Shown here: piece after piece, positions 46,624-58,359 of the stretch
Numbering within the stretch: the first letter of the stretch is position 1
Layout: each line of letters begins with the position of its first letter
Assembly (NCBI GenBank): GCA_965649825.1
Contig: OZ287705.1
Coordinates: 1-64,000, forward strand
Reading direction: 5' to 3'
DNA: 64,000 nucleotides
Origin: Penicillus capitatus
Lineage: Eukaryota; Plantae; Chlorophyta
Notes under the pieces: model-generated
What the model was told of the DNA's origin: nothing
What the model saw: only the letters and a program-made list of their open reading frames with translations
Databases searched by the model: none
Made by a program: the position numbers and the translations under genes

Positions 46624-48420
46624 TCAAACCAGCTGCAAAGCACTCAAATGTTCTTGAATCGCATCGTTCGGCTTCACTCTCGCTTCCTTCATGTATTCGT
46701 GAACTGTCTTCGCGTGTTCTGTTTCACTCGTCTTAGCACAGTGTGCCAACACAGCCTCATATGGGCCTTGGGTCGGCGTAACAGCACTGTCTTTCTTCAC
46801 AGCCTTCTTCACATCCTCCAGCACCTGCATGGCGTCGTCCATACGGTCGTGGTCCAATGCGAGTCGAATCATGGACTCTGTCATCTTGGCAGATGGCCAA
46901 CGAAACTCTTCCGTAAAACCCTTCCAGCACTGAAGTGCATGTTCCACATTGGATGCCTTGAGGCACATGGCAAACCATGTCATGTAGCCGCGATACGATA
47001 ATGTGATGCGCAACGATTTCATCGTTTTCGCCACCTCAGATACCTGTGTCAGAGCTTCGTCCTGCGAGTAAGTACCGTTCTCCCACAAACGCTGAATGAT
47101 CTCTATCTGTGCAGCGAAGTTCTCTCCGCGGCGTCCAGCGCCTTCCAAGTTGTTCAAAGGCAACTTCTTCAAAAATGTTAATGCCTTGGTCAGATCTCCT
47201 TTCTTCTCGTAGAGATCTATGATGCCTCCGAATGTGACGTGGGTTGCTTTCAGCTTGAGCTCATTCATGCGATTGAAGCAGTAGGTAATGTGGGCCTCAA
47301 GCTCCTCGTCTGTCAGTTTCAAGTATAACAACGATCGGAAGACGAAATCAAATGAGGAAAGAGTGAGCGTCATATCGCTGCCGACCGATTCCTTCAAATA
47401 GCCCAGCGCCTCATCCGACCGTCCCAGTTTGCCAGACAGCTTGATCAGAGGAACATAGGTAAACGATTGGGGTCTGACGTTCCTCGATTTCATCAAAGCC
47501 ATTAAGTCCTTGCATTCTTGCAAGTACTCCTCGCCAGTGTCGCTGTCAACGTTTTCGGCATAGACCTCCAACCTGGCATTGTAATTGCGCACATCTTCAT
47601 CTCCAAATTTCTCGGCCAGTTCATTAAATGTCTGTCTCGCACGATCCACGTTTTCGGCATAGACCTCCAACATGGCATTGTAGTTGCGCACATCTTCATC
47701 TCCAAATTTCTCGACCAGTTCATTAAATGTCTGTCTCGCACGATCCACATCTTTCCCCTGGCCGCAGACAGTGATCAGAGAACGGTATGTCACTGGATCG
47801 GGCTGAATCTTGTAGTCTTCCTGCATCTTGTGGAATGCTTCGAATGCAGCATCGACATCGCCGGTGCTTGCATAGGCATAGATGAGGGTATTGAAGAGGT
47901 AGTTGTCTGGTTTGATCCCTTTCGCCACAACTTCGTCAAAAACCTGTTTCACCATGTCCACGTTGTTCATCCGTGAGTAGGTTTTCATGACACTCATATA
48001 GATCCCAACATCGATCGTGACATCACGAGCCTTCATTTCTTCGAAGAGCTCCAGGACACGAGAGTAGGCGCGATCACGCATCAGACGTCGCATTTCACGA
48101 CTGTAATCGGACGTGTGGTTTCGTGGACGGGGTCTCTTACGCATGAAATCGTCGTCCACCTCTTGATGTTCCTCTGGGGCGTCATGTAACCCGCGGCGTT
48201 GCATCGATCCCGTCCAGCCGAACGCCGTCTTGTCATCGAAGCGCTTTAGCAAACGGGATGGGCATCTGGGTGATGCAGGGTAAAAACGACTGACTGGCGA
48301 AACAACAGATCGGGTCGGGGCGACGCCGTCGTTGGCGGAGAGCGTCGGTGCAACGGCGGAAAAACGCGAACGGAAAAGCCAACGCCCGACGCTGGCGTAG
48401 TTTCGCGCAGAGCGGCGCAT
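46624..48420 (-). CDS. P-type PPR protein, copy 3 (598 aa, one extra 33-aa repeat)
   Basis: Intronless, closest to copy 1, carries an in-frame 99-bp tandem duplication. Confidence 0.95.
   Translation of the reverse strand: MRRSARNYASVGRWLFRSRFSAVAPTLSANDGVAPTRSVVSPVSRFYPASPRCPSRLLKRFDDKTAFGWTGSMQRRGLHDAPEEHQEVDDDFMRKRPRPRNHTSDYSREMRRLMRDRAYSRVLELFEEMKARDVTIDVGIYMSVMKTYSRMNNVDMVKQVFDEVVAKGIKPDNYLFNTLIYAYASTGDVDAAFEAFHKMQEDYKIQPDPVTYRSLITVCGQGKDVDRARQTFNELVEKFGDEDVRNYNAMLEVYAENVDRARQTFNELAEKFGDEDVRNYNARLEVYAENVDSDTGEEYLQECKDLMALMKSRNVRPQSFTYVPLIKLSGKLGRSDEALGYLKESVGSDMTLTLSSFDFVFRSLLYLKLTDEELEAHITYCFNRMNELKLKATHVTFGGIIDLYEKKGDLTKALTFLKKLPLNNLEGAGRRGENFAAQIEIIQRLWENGTYSQDEALTQVSEVAKTMKSLRITLSYRGYMTWFAMCLKASNVEHALQCWKGFTEEFRWPSAKMTESMIRLALDHDRMDDAMQVLEDVKKAVKKDSAVTPTQGPYEAVLAHCAKTSETEHAKTVHEYMKEARVKPNDAIQEHLSALQLV
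47549..47748 (-). repeat. 99-bp in-frame tandem duplication inside PPR copy 3
   Basis: ACGTTTTCGGCATAGACCTCCAAC at 47549 and 47648, encoding VDRARQTFNEL(V/A)EKFGDEDVRNYNA(M/R)LEVYAEN twice. Confidence 0.95.
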
Positions 48421-48524
48421 CGTTGGCGTTTCTTACGTCCACCGTCAGATGTGACGTATAAAGGCGAGCTGATGCTGACTACTCCTTCAGTTTTCTTGCT
48501 AACGTTTCTACGGTATTATCGAGG

Positions 48525-49190
48525 ATGAGCGCAGGAGCTGCGGAGCTGCGGATAGAAGTGCTGAATATCGGAACGAGAACGATCGGAGACGGTCGAGGAC
48601 CAGAGGGTCAAACTCGCACGGATAGAAACAATCGAGGCGGTCGTGCAGAAGAGAGCGGCAGAGAATCAAGCGGAATATGTGAATTCCGTCCGCCGTTGAA
48701 GAGTGGGAAGATGCCAAGCGTCGACTGCTTGCCCGTGAAGAGCAGTTTTGGAGGATCGAGATGATCTGCAGGTCTTCGTGGACGTGTTGATGACGTACGA
48801 CGGCATCAGCAACAATCGCGAGGAATCGGAATCCGTCGCTTGCGACTGCAACACCGAGCGCAAGAATTCCTCTCTGAAGAAAAAGGTCGAGGAGGTGGAG
48901 ATACCGTGCGAAGAGAGCAGATTGCAGAAGGAAGTAGACCATTCGCGAAGGAATACCAAAAAGCTGAGGGAGCAGCCGGACAGTTAAACGTGGATATGGA
49001 GGAGATAAAGCGCACGAGCAACAACCGCGAAGAAGACCTAGAAGAGCAGAAGAAACCCAATGGCTATCTTCAAGGAATATTTGACGTGAGAAAAATTTCC
49101 ACATAAAGACTGGTGATGTGACAGATGTGTAACTGTAGGAAACAGCACAAGCTTACGCGAAGTCCCAGGCTCAAAATAAAGAGCTCAAAA
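48525..49190 (+). pseudogene. BRE1: BRE1/HUB1 remnant with internal deletion, copy 3
   Basis: Homologous to 10521-10625 joined to ~11531-12080. Multiple stops and frameshifts. Confidence 0.7.
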
Positions 49191-50079
49191 AAGGAGTTGT
49201 GGCCTCACATCGGTGAGCCGTTAACGACGCGGAGCTCGACGCTGCGGGAACGAGACGGCTGAAACGCGCGAGCGCCGTAATGCTTACATTGCGTCAGAGG
49301 CGACAGTTGACTGTCATGCAGTCCCATCGTCCGACGCGACGTTTGCATACTGTGAACGTCGACCCGTCGGCCGAGTCCGAACCGGATGGCGAACCGCGTA
49401 GGAGGACTCGTCAGCAATGTTATTTACATAACTTAGACGATACAGCAGAACAGTTCTGTTTAAATACCCCGGTCATTGGTCTGTCACGTCGTTACGTAAG
49501 CCTCTTCTCAGGCCTCTCGTCATGCGTTCTCCAGTGATATTCTGCTGGCGTGGCGCCACAAGGACGGTTGGCGCAATAGCAGCGTCCTCTCGCCAGAAGA
49601 CCCGAGGCAACAGCGGGCACCTTCACATGGGCGCACCCGCATTCCTGCTGACGCAAACTCCGAGGTACTCTCGCTTCACCGGTTTGCTGCTTTCCCTTGC
49701 GGCTCTGACACTGACAGGCACATGAGCGGCGGCGGACAGCACAGGAGAGAAAACGCAGCGGAAGTCTTTTGTCTCTCGCTGTTCCGAAGTACGGCTTCCG
49801 TCTTCCGGCACGGCCTTCGGTCTTCGTTCTCTTCCGAGGCGGCGAGTCGCGCACAAGGCAGCGAGTCGGCGACAGACCCTCGGTCGCGCTTCGACACTCT
49901 GGGCGGCGAGTCGGCCCAGGCACGTGCACAGAACAACGCTCAGCCACCTCAGGGCGGCGAGCAGGCAACGCGCGGGGCGGGACTCGCAGACTCCTGGTGG
50001 ACGGCGCAGAGAAACGGGAAACGACGATGGTGCCGTGAGTCGGTGAAAGCCGCACTCACGTAGGCTCGCTCCGAAACCA

Positions 50080-50220
50080 TGTGAAGAACTCCCCCCGGCA
50101 CCCTCCTCCTGTACCTCCACCTCCACCTCCCGGCCAAGGCGAGGGAGAAATACGTGTCGTCTAAGCCGAGGACGTCGAGAGGGAGGTACAGGAGGAGGGT
50201 GCCGGGGGGAGTTCTTCACA
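50080..50220. repeat. Perfect 39-bp inverted repeat with 63-bp spacer
   Basis: TGTGAAGAACTCCCCCCGGCACCCTCCTCCTGTACCTCC (50080-50118) and its exact reverse complement (50182-50220). Confidence 0.95.
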
Positions 50221-50486
50221 CATACGTCCACACGAAGTAAGATTAAAGCAGTTCTGTCTATGCAGGTTACGGTTGTCGCCAAGATCGCCCTCGATTATGG
50301 CGAGGTGACTGTTTTGATTATGGAGAGGTGACTGCCTCGATTGAAACGGGCTCACCTCGTCAAGGGGCACTTGGGGTCTTGTCAGAGGGGACTTTGTGCC
50401 GAGAAAGGGTCCTTTTCTCTGGCCCTGTCTGACGTCGGTCGACTCATCTGCCTAGAAGGTCGCATCACTTAGACGAAATAAAAGGC

Positions 50487-51921
50487 TTGCAATTCGCTCT
50501 TGGAAAGAGACTTTGGTATTATCTTTGTAAAATCTTTGCTTTCCTTTCTATCACTCTGGCTGACGACGGCCATCACATTCGGCGAACAACAGTCCCTTAC
50601 CCTCCGCTCTACCCGACGTTCCAAGAGTCCTTGAGCCGTTTTCGGCAAGGCGAGCGCACAGAGCTGCTTCAGAAGGGTGCCGAGCGAGTGGTCCACAACG
50701 TCGGCCTATTCGATACGCGTCGCTGTTCCGAGGACGGGAGCGTTAACTTTGTGGTCAATCCCCTGGCAGATACTCCTTCTGTGGATCTCCGGGAGCGACA
50801 AGTCGAGGAGGAAGAACAACACGCCCCCCCACGAGAAGAAGAAGGTTCACCGAATCAACCAGAGAGCAACAACGGTCTTGATGGCTTCTTCGTCAGGACT
50901 GTCTGTCGCAGCGATGACGAAATCATCCAATGCTCGCGCAAACTTTATCCTTTGTAGGACAAGAACGCAAAGCCCTGTCACCAATGAACCTTCTCGGCTG
51001 CCGAATGAAAGCGGGAAGAATGCAGACTTGGTTTCGAGACACGTGTCAATGTCGATCGACGGTGTCAAACAATGTGTCTCGAAAATGGCGAACGTCGCAT
51101 TGTCGTGCTTGGATCGAGCTCTCTTTCAGGCTCCAGACATTAAGTAATTCCTTCGCGTTTCGAATCCATCTGCGTGACTTGACTATATACTGCGCATCCA
51201 CTGCCATCTCCATCTACAGAAGACTACCAGACAGCATGGGGCGCCACATCCTTCAGCCGTGAGGGCATCTCTGTCGCGTTCATTCAGATCATTCTCATAA
51301 TCGCTGCTCTGCGCACGAGCAGGCGACGCAATTGCGTCGCTGCCGAGCCAGACAGTCCTCATTATCTCGGCGAGGAGGACCGTTTCCGTCATGACGCTGC
51401 GGCCGAGGAGTACCGTCAACGCTATCTGCAGAGCCAAAGAAAACAAGTTCAGAGTGTCTTCGTCCTCCCGGCACTCGCCTTCGCGTCTCCTAGATCAGGT
51501 CCCTGTACAGAAGAGCACAGCACATGGCACAACGCCGAAAAGAATTCCACGATCGTCTCCATGCAGTGGACCGCTCGCAGCAGCGAGATGCTATACTGCG
51601 GCAACAGAACCGTATCCGCTCCAAGAACCAGAGCGGCGAGGGATTCGACATCACGACCCTCCGTGCTCTGAAAGGAGACGGAGCAGAGAGGAGCCGCAAA
51701 CTTGCCGAACACGTATCGACATGCGCACGCAATCGACCTCGCTCTCTATGCCTCCGTAGGACGCCAAGGAGAGGGAAAGATGCGAGAAACGCGCACAGAA
51801 TCTCTTTGACAAGAATCGTTCGACGGACTTCGACATCATTACCGGGAATCCGTCAAAGTTTGTCGCGGGGCTGCCGCACCGAATGCTGTCGGATGCCGAA
51901 CACGAATCACACTTTCTTTGA
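50487..51921 (+). CDS. Spliced hypothetical protein, charged and helical with repeated FDI(I/T)T motifs; 5' end uncertain
   Basis: Exons splice in frame to AQRRKEFHDRLHAVDRSQQRDAILRQQNRIRSKNQSGEGFDITTL...AEH|DAKERERCEKRAQNLFDKNRSTDFDIITGNP...FL*. Confidence 0.5.
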
Positions 51922-52991
51922 TTCTTTCCACTTGGTCTTCCACACGATCCCGTCCAGTTCCCACTCCTCCCCTTCTCCGACGGCCACGTAGATCCGCAGC
52001 TCCGTCAGCATCACCGATTTCTCTTTGGCTTCCGACGCAGCGAAAAGCGACCGACCGCCATCGGGCAGACGCTCGTAGTATGTCCCTTCACGCAGTTATT
52101 GCTCTATCTGTGACCTCCTCTCTTCTGTGGTCACACCTAATCGCGATTTGCACTTCTTCGGATCGTCCTGTGGGACGAGTCCGATCGTGAGGCCTTCCGC
52201 GCCGAACCGGATTCCGAACGCTTCTTTGTCGATCACTGCCAGTCCCGGTCCGCCCACCTCACGCATCACACTCACATTCAACCGGAATGCAGAACCTCAC
52301 ACTTTCGGCAGTTTGATAGCTGGTTTGGACGTGTCTCCGTCTGTCCATGTAAACAGAAATGCGGCATTGGAATCGCGGTTTTCGCCCAAACCGATCCACC
52401 CTAACACATTTTCTCCTCACTGAACCTTTTCGCTTGCCTCTGGGATTGTAGCCGCCGAAGACGGCACCGCCTGGCGATCTCGCCACCACTACTGCCGCCC
52501 CAAATCCATCAACGCGTTGATGAAACGCTCCGTAGTTCCATCCATGCACCTCCGCATCGTACGCCAATCTACCACACGTTTACGCACGCAGTTCGACATT
52601 TGAGAACGAAACACCGAAGGTTGGCCTTTTCCAGACGCGTTTGAGCCAACAGGGGACGAAAGCACGCCATCTCCGGCGTATCTGATTCCACAGGGCTGGC
52701 TATCTCCGTCGTCGTCGCCGGAAACAACTGTCGCCCTCTTTCCTCTCCAATCCTACATCTCCATTTTTCTCACCTCCTCTGCCGGCCACGCGAGGCCTCG
52801 CACCTCTTTAGTCCAAACGGTTCGGGATCCTGCAGCGCCTTCTTTCCAAAGATTCCTGCAAAGAGCTTCTCCACGATGTCCGGTTCGTCTTCCGCCGAAC
52901 ATCGCCGACGCCACAATGATCCACCTCTGAGCGACGGACGTCCGACGCGACTTCTCGGCAACAACGGCGATCGCGTCGCAGGCCGCGCCAT
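51907..52991 (-). CDS. TLDc-domain protein with a probable plastid transit peptide
   Basis: HGWNYGAFHQRVDGFGAAVVVARSPGGAVFGGYNPRGWIG..SNAAFLF..GIRFG..LTI..ELRIYV. N-terminus is Arg/Ser/Pro-rich. Confidence 0.85.
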
Positions 52992-53683
52992 TGTTCGACT
53001 TCTTCAAGTGTTCTTATGAATTGTAATGAAATCATCAGGTAAGGCTCAAGGATCGATGCGCTGCTCATGCGCTTCATCCTTGATCTACTAGTGCTGGCAG
53101 ACGACACTGTATAGTATGAGATTCGCTGCATACATACCAACAAAACGGGCTTCTTCCAGTCACCTCCGTGAAACAGAAGTGCAATCTTTTACGCAGGCAA
53201 CAATCTCAAATTGGGTAAAAAAGACAGTGAACAATAATGGGCTGGCTGTGCTCTATCGATTGTCATCAACCGATCGAACGAACGAACGAACGAACGACGT
53301 TCTAAGTTCATCGAGCACATGTTTCAAAAAAAGGATCAGGGATATGGATGACCTCCTGTTTCGCCTGCACCCATACTAAAACAAAAAAGCGACACACAAG
53401 TGCAGCAACAAGGACGACAGAGACCAAAACTTGGGTACTGCATACAGAGAAGGATAACATAAAAATCCAAAATTGACTTTCCCCCGGCTCTCCCAGACAA
53501 GAATGCGCATTTCAGCTTGGTCTGTGTTTGCTAGATGTACAAATACAGGAAATAAGACTGACTACACAACGAGGGACGATGTCGCCCTTCCCCTAGAGGC
53601 TGCTGGATTTCAAGAGGTCGCAGAAATCGTACGGATCCAATCCGACAATCTTCCTCGTGGTCTTCTTCGGCAGGGCCGACATC

Positions 53684-55621
53684 ATGGAGGATGTCGACTC
53701 CGTCGGCGTCGAACCGCCTAAGAGACGAGAGAGTCCGCCGTCGTCGCAGAAGGACGTCTCGTTACCGGAGGAGGATGCCGTCGGACGATGCATCATCGTC
53801 GCGGTGGGAGTCTTCGTCCAGAAGGCCGGTCCGAATTCTTCGACGGCTGGACACGAACGACATTGTGCGCTGCGCGTCGCGTCTCTAATGCGCTCACCGT
53901 CTTCTTCTGCACGGAGACTGAAGTCATTGAAGCTTGGGGACGCGGAGAGCTGTCTCGGACTGGAGTGCTTCGTCGAGAGCGGTTCCGGACAGCGAGGGTC
54001 GCGAGGTCCTCCGGCGCCTGAGTCGTGGGACAGGCTTTTGGCCAATCTGCGGACGAACGAGGTCATGGTGTGTGGGGAGACGTATGTGCGTTCGACTTCC
54101 AGTTCGTTTGAAATGGAGCAGAAGGATAGATGGAGTGCGTACGTGCGCGTGCGCTTTCGCCGAGATGTGTCACATCACGCAACACCATCGGCTCGTTCGT
54201 CGAACAGTACGAGATGGCCGAGCCGTTCGCTCCCGGGCAGCTGCTCAACGAGGGACGCTATAGAATCGTCCGCGAAATTAACCGTAAGACGGACGGCGTC
54301 CACTGTGTCGAGACTGTCGAGGCGTGCAGGCGGAGCGACAGCTGTCGTCTACGAGGCGGAAGACAGCGCCAGAGGCAGCGGTCGCGTTGCCCTCAAGGTC
54401 ACGTCGTACAGTACAGCCGAGAAGGCGAGGTCGACGCATGCGTGCCCGTGCGAAGGTGATGAATCTCGCGGAGCACCAGCAGAGTCTCTCGTTCAAGATG
54501 GTCAAACGCGAAGTGTGGTCTCACTCTTATCGAAAACGACGGTTGACATTGACTCCTGTGGTGACAGGTTGAGTACGCCAGCTCCGTACGTCACCCCAAC
54601 ATCGTTCGGCTGCTCGACGTCTTCGCCGATGGGGACCACCTCATCCTCTCCGTCAGTCGCCTGTCCTGGTCGCCAGAATCGCTGACGGCGTGTTCGTTTG
54701 ATCGCAGTGGGAGCTGATCGAGGGGAAGGACCTGCTGGACCTGCTGGAAGACGTGGGGGGCCGCATGCCGGAGGACATGGCCGCCTTCTTCGTCCATCTC
54801 ATCCTCAGGGGCGTCTCCTTCATGCACGAGAAGGCATACTGCCATCGCGATCTGAAGCCGGAGAACTGCATGGTGGCGAAGAAGACGCAGAATCTGAAGA
54901 TCGTCGACTTCGGGCTGTCAAAGCACCTCGACCTGGCCAACACGCTCGGGCACGGTTTCGATCGCCCACGCATCTGTGCCGAACGCGTCTCGTTCTAGGG
55001 TCGGCACGCCGGATTACATGGCGCCCGAGATGCTGGGGGAAGCGGACGAGCCGGAACCGAAGGAGGGACCCAGATACGATGCGACCGCCGTCGACGTGTG
55101 GAGCATAGGCGTTACGCTCTACCTCCTGGTCGCGGGGGCCTACCCCTTCGAAGTGCGCATCGCAGTCGGGCGAGGGGTTCAGCGTCATCTCCGCTGTGCT
55201 GCTCTAGGATCCAGAGCATCCAAGCAGTGTGGGTCACACCGTGGCCAACATCAAGAGGAACTCGATAAGGCCCTTTCCGTCCGATGTCTCGTCGGAGTGT
55301 CGATCCCTGATCCGCTCTCTCCTGTCCCCGTCTGCTAGGAACCGTCCCCGTCTCAGAGAGATCTCCGAGAATAAATGGCTGTGCAAGAACGCCAAATCCT
55401 ACGCGATCAAGATACGAAGACCAGAGCTCTTTGTGCCATCGTTGCGTCAGAGAGTCCGATTCCGTGATCGTTCGCCCAGCATCTCGTCGAAGGGACAAGA
55501 ATCGCCTGGACTGGTGATGGATGACGTCGAAGAGATCCCTCGTCCGTCGGGGTGCTTCGGAGGACATCGCATCCTCCGACGTCTCTCTTCTCTTCTCGGT
55601 CGATTGGCGGCGAAGAAATAA
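53684..55621 (+). CDS. Ser/Thr protein kinase, CAMK group (SnRK2-like), with all catalytic motifs
   Basis: [57 protein letters not shown]-terminal extension of ~130 aa. Confidence 0.85.
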
Positions 55622-57831
55622 CAGCGAGTCTGCCAATCCCTTCGATCGCGACGCTTAGAATTTCATTACTGAACAGTTAGCTGTGCTGTAAAGCGATGTT
55701 TTTTCATTGCCTTGCCAACAGTCTCCCTCAGAATCGCAAGGAAACCACATCACCTAGAAATCGACGGCCACAGGTGCGGATTCACCTAATTCTGTCTTGT
55801 GCATGATCCGGTCACGTCATGAGCGTCGTGCAGGAGTGCGTGTTACCCGTCGGATAAGTGATCCTGTCTCGTCGCGCAGACCAAGCGCACGCCCTTTTTG
55901 TCTATCTCAATCGCTTTATTGCAGGACACGTGTTTTTTATCCAGATAACGGCCTCCGCAATCGTTTCCTTCCAGACAGCACGCCGTTACAAAGGAACACT
56001 TCCGGAAGCGGAGATCGTGATTGATCGAAAAGATAGGTCTCGGTTGGGAGACGAAACAAAACACTCAACAAACGCAACAGATTCAAAGATCACTTCGTTG
56101 CTGGTCCTCTTGTATCCAGTGCGGCAGCGCGCTACAGGGCTCTCACATTTATTGATAGTGCGTCGGCTTTAGGACACTGCAGGCGGGTCCAGTTCTGTGC
56201 GAGATGAGATCAGACGTCCGATCTGAAAATCTCAGTTACATTTGCGTGCCACAGGATTCAAAACTGCGAGCACTTACTTCTCCATCGACAACCCGGACGG
56301 CGTCGGTCATCCGGACCCGAGAAAAGGAGAAAAAGAGGAATCCTCAACATGGGTCGTATTTCGCATCGAAACGGTATCCAGAAATGTAAAGTGTCCGCAC
56401 CTGTGCACCCCGTTCCTTTGAGCAGGAAACAAGAGGCACGCGAATTCAGGCTTTACCTCGAATCGAACTTGGCGTAGGTGATCGACTTGTTTACGTGGAC
56501 CGCTTCGTCTTGCCGTTCACCTCGGGAGATCGACGCCTGTGCGCGGAGAACTCTACGACCGCTGACCGGTGGGGCTCTGTCTGTCCCTCTTCGATACGCT
56601 ACACTTCGAGAGACGTCAGCCCAGAGTTGACGACGCCATTAGACGCGTCGATAGTATCTTCTCTCATAACGCGTTTGTGCGTTCGCGAGCGTTCGTCTGT
56701 CTGTCTGTCCATGCATCGCCAGTCGCTGTCATCTTCAATTCGAACGATGACGATTTACGGGGTAGTCGACGTCTGTCACCTCTGGAGTTACGAAGGTAAC
56801 CAAGTACGCCCAACAAAACAACATCGCAAAAGTTCATTGTAATGACTGTCCGGTCACCGTCAAGATAGGACTGACTACCCTCACAAGCACAGACTCTGTT
56901 GGGCGTCTCATAGTTTGATTGATGATCAATGTCACGTCAGACCACGACTGATACGTTGTTTATTCACACGTCCATTCACACTCCCAGTCCATCCCGTCGA
57001 TGCAGACGCACCAGCATCCCGTTAACTAGCGCTGCCAGCCGTAGAGAGTGTACCCGATGGATATGATGAAGAAGGACTCGACGGCTCTGCTTCTTCGCGA
57101 GTTGCCTCGTCCGTTTGTTCCGCCTCTCCATCGGAAGCAATGGCCGGCCTTTCTAAAGCACTAGCCCCTAGAGCAAAACCACGATGACTTAACGATGCTG
57201 GTTCTAGAGAGAGAGGCTCAACAGACCTCTGAGTCGGGGTGTCTCGATGTTCTCTGCATAGACAGTCCGCACAACAGGAAAGCCCAATTCGACGTCCGGC
57301 TCAGGTCGTATCCTGAACTCGGCTGATGCCATCCATGCCTTGATCTTTTCGGAAGGTGTTCGTTGCCTGCCGTTTATCGTGACGATTTCTTTCTGATGAC
57401 ACACGGACGATGTTGTCATCGCATGTCTGGCTGACAATGGCGTCGGACCTTTAATTCATGCTTCGTTGGATGCTTCTTCTTCTTGGGGTAACAAAACCAA
57501 AGATACGCGAGGATTAGCAGATAAAGACATAATTGAGCTAGAATCGAGGCCAGGACAAGGAAGCCAGACGCCATCCATAAAGTACCGGCGAAACACGTTA
57601 TTCACGAGGAGTCTACAGAAAACGTCTCGAATGCGCCTATCGGAGAATGGCGCTGTCGGGTACCGACTTACGTGTCCTTCTGCCTTAGGAGACATGCAGC
57701 TTCACACGATGCTCCTCGTTTCACTCAGGCGTCCGTGGGACACGATTCGTATTCGGCCGACGTGTCGTATTCATCGCCGTATAAGACGTCCCGTACCTGC
57801 ATCAGCCGTCGGCGATGTGATTCGCCAAAAG

Positions 57832-57978
57832 ATGTCGGTCAGTCGGCATACGAGCCTGGGCGATATCAAGATCAAGATCTTCTGCGAGGAGACGCTGCTC
57901 GCGACAGAGACCTTCCTTGCGCTATGTGCCAGTGGATACCACGACGGGACGCTGTTCCACGACAATCCTATCGCCTAG
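57832..57978 (+). pseudogene. PPIL3: Cyclophilin PPIL3-like N-terminal fragment
   Basis: MSVSRHTSLGDIKIKIFCEETLLATETFLALCASGYHDGTLFH then stop. Matches the PPIL3 N-terminus pattern MSVTLHT..GDIKIE.FCE..P...ENFLALCAS.YY.G..FH. Confidence 0.8.
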
Positions 57979-57991
57979 GAAACGCCGTCGA

Positions 57992-58112
57992 GACTCGCAG
58001 TTAAGCATGATGCGAAGATGCGACTCCGCCTCTTTCTTGTCAATCCCCTTGTGATCTGCGTAGTCGTGCGCTTGCTCCTCCGTGATCTTTCCAACCGCGA
58101 AGTACTGACTCT
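57992..58112 (-). pseudogene. METH: Cobalamin-dependent methionine synthase extreme C-terminal fragment
   Basis: SQYFAVGKITEEQAHDYADHKGIDKKEAESHLRIMLN matches the MetH C-terminus S.YFAVGKI..DQV.DYA.RKG.....AE.WL...LN. No upstream MetH exons found. Confidence 0.8.
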
Positions 58113-58359
58113 GCGTTAAGTCCATCAGCGTCTGGCAGACGTTATTCTTCGTCTCGCGAGGAAGATGTTTGCTCGACCTACGGCAGGCCGTGACGATTGT
58201 GGCAGACGAATCCAGACAAATCGATCACAGATGTAATGACGACGGCCTTTTCTCAGGAGAACGCTCAAGGTATCCTCTATGGAGCTTCACTTATTTCTTC
58301 GATGGCATAGTGTTGTTTCGTCTTTCTCTCGCAAAGGATAACAATCGCAAGAGGTAGAC

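Noticed and set aside
53275-53297. (GAAC)n microsatellite, and (GGAAC)3 near 35159
   Set aside because: Short simple repeats with no further structure.
56918-56955. TGATGA...CTGA pair resembling a C/D-box snoRNA
   Set aside because: The boxes are only about 30 nt apart, with no terminal stem and no recognisable rRNA guide.
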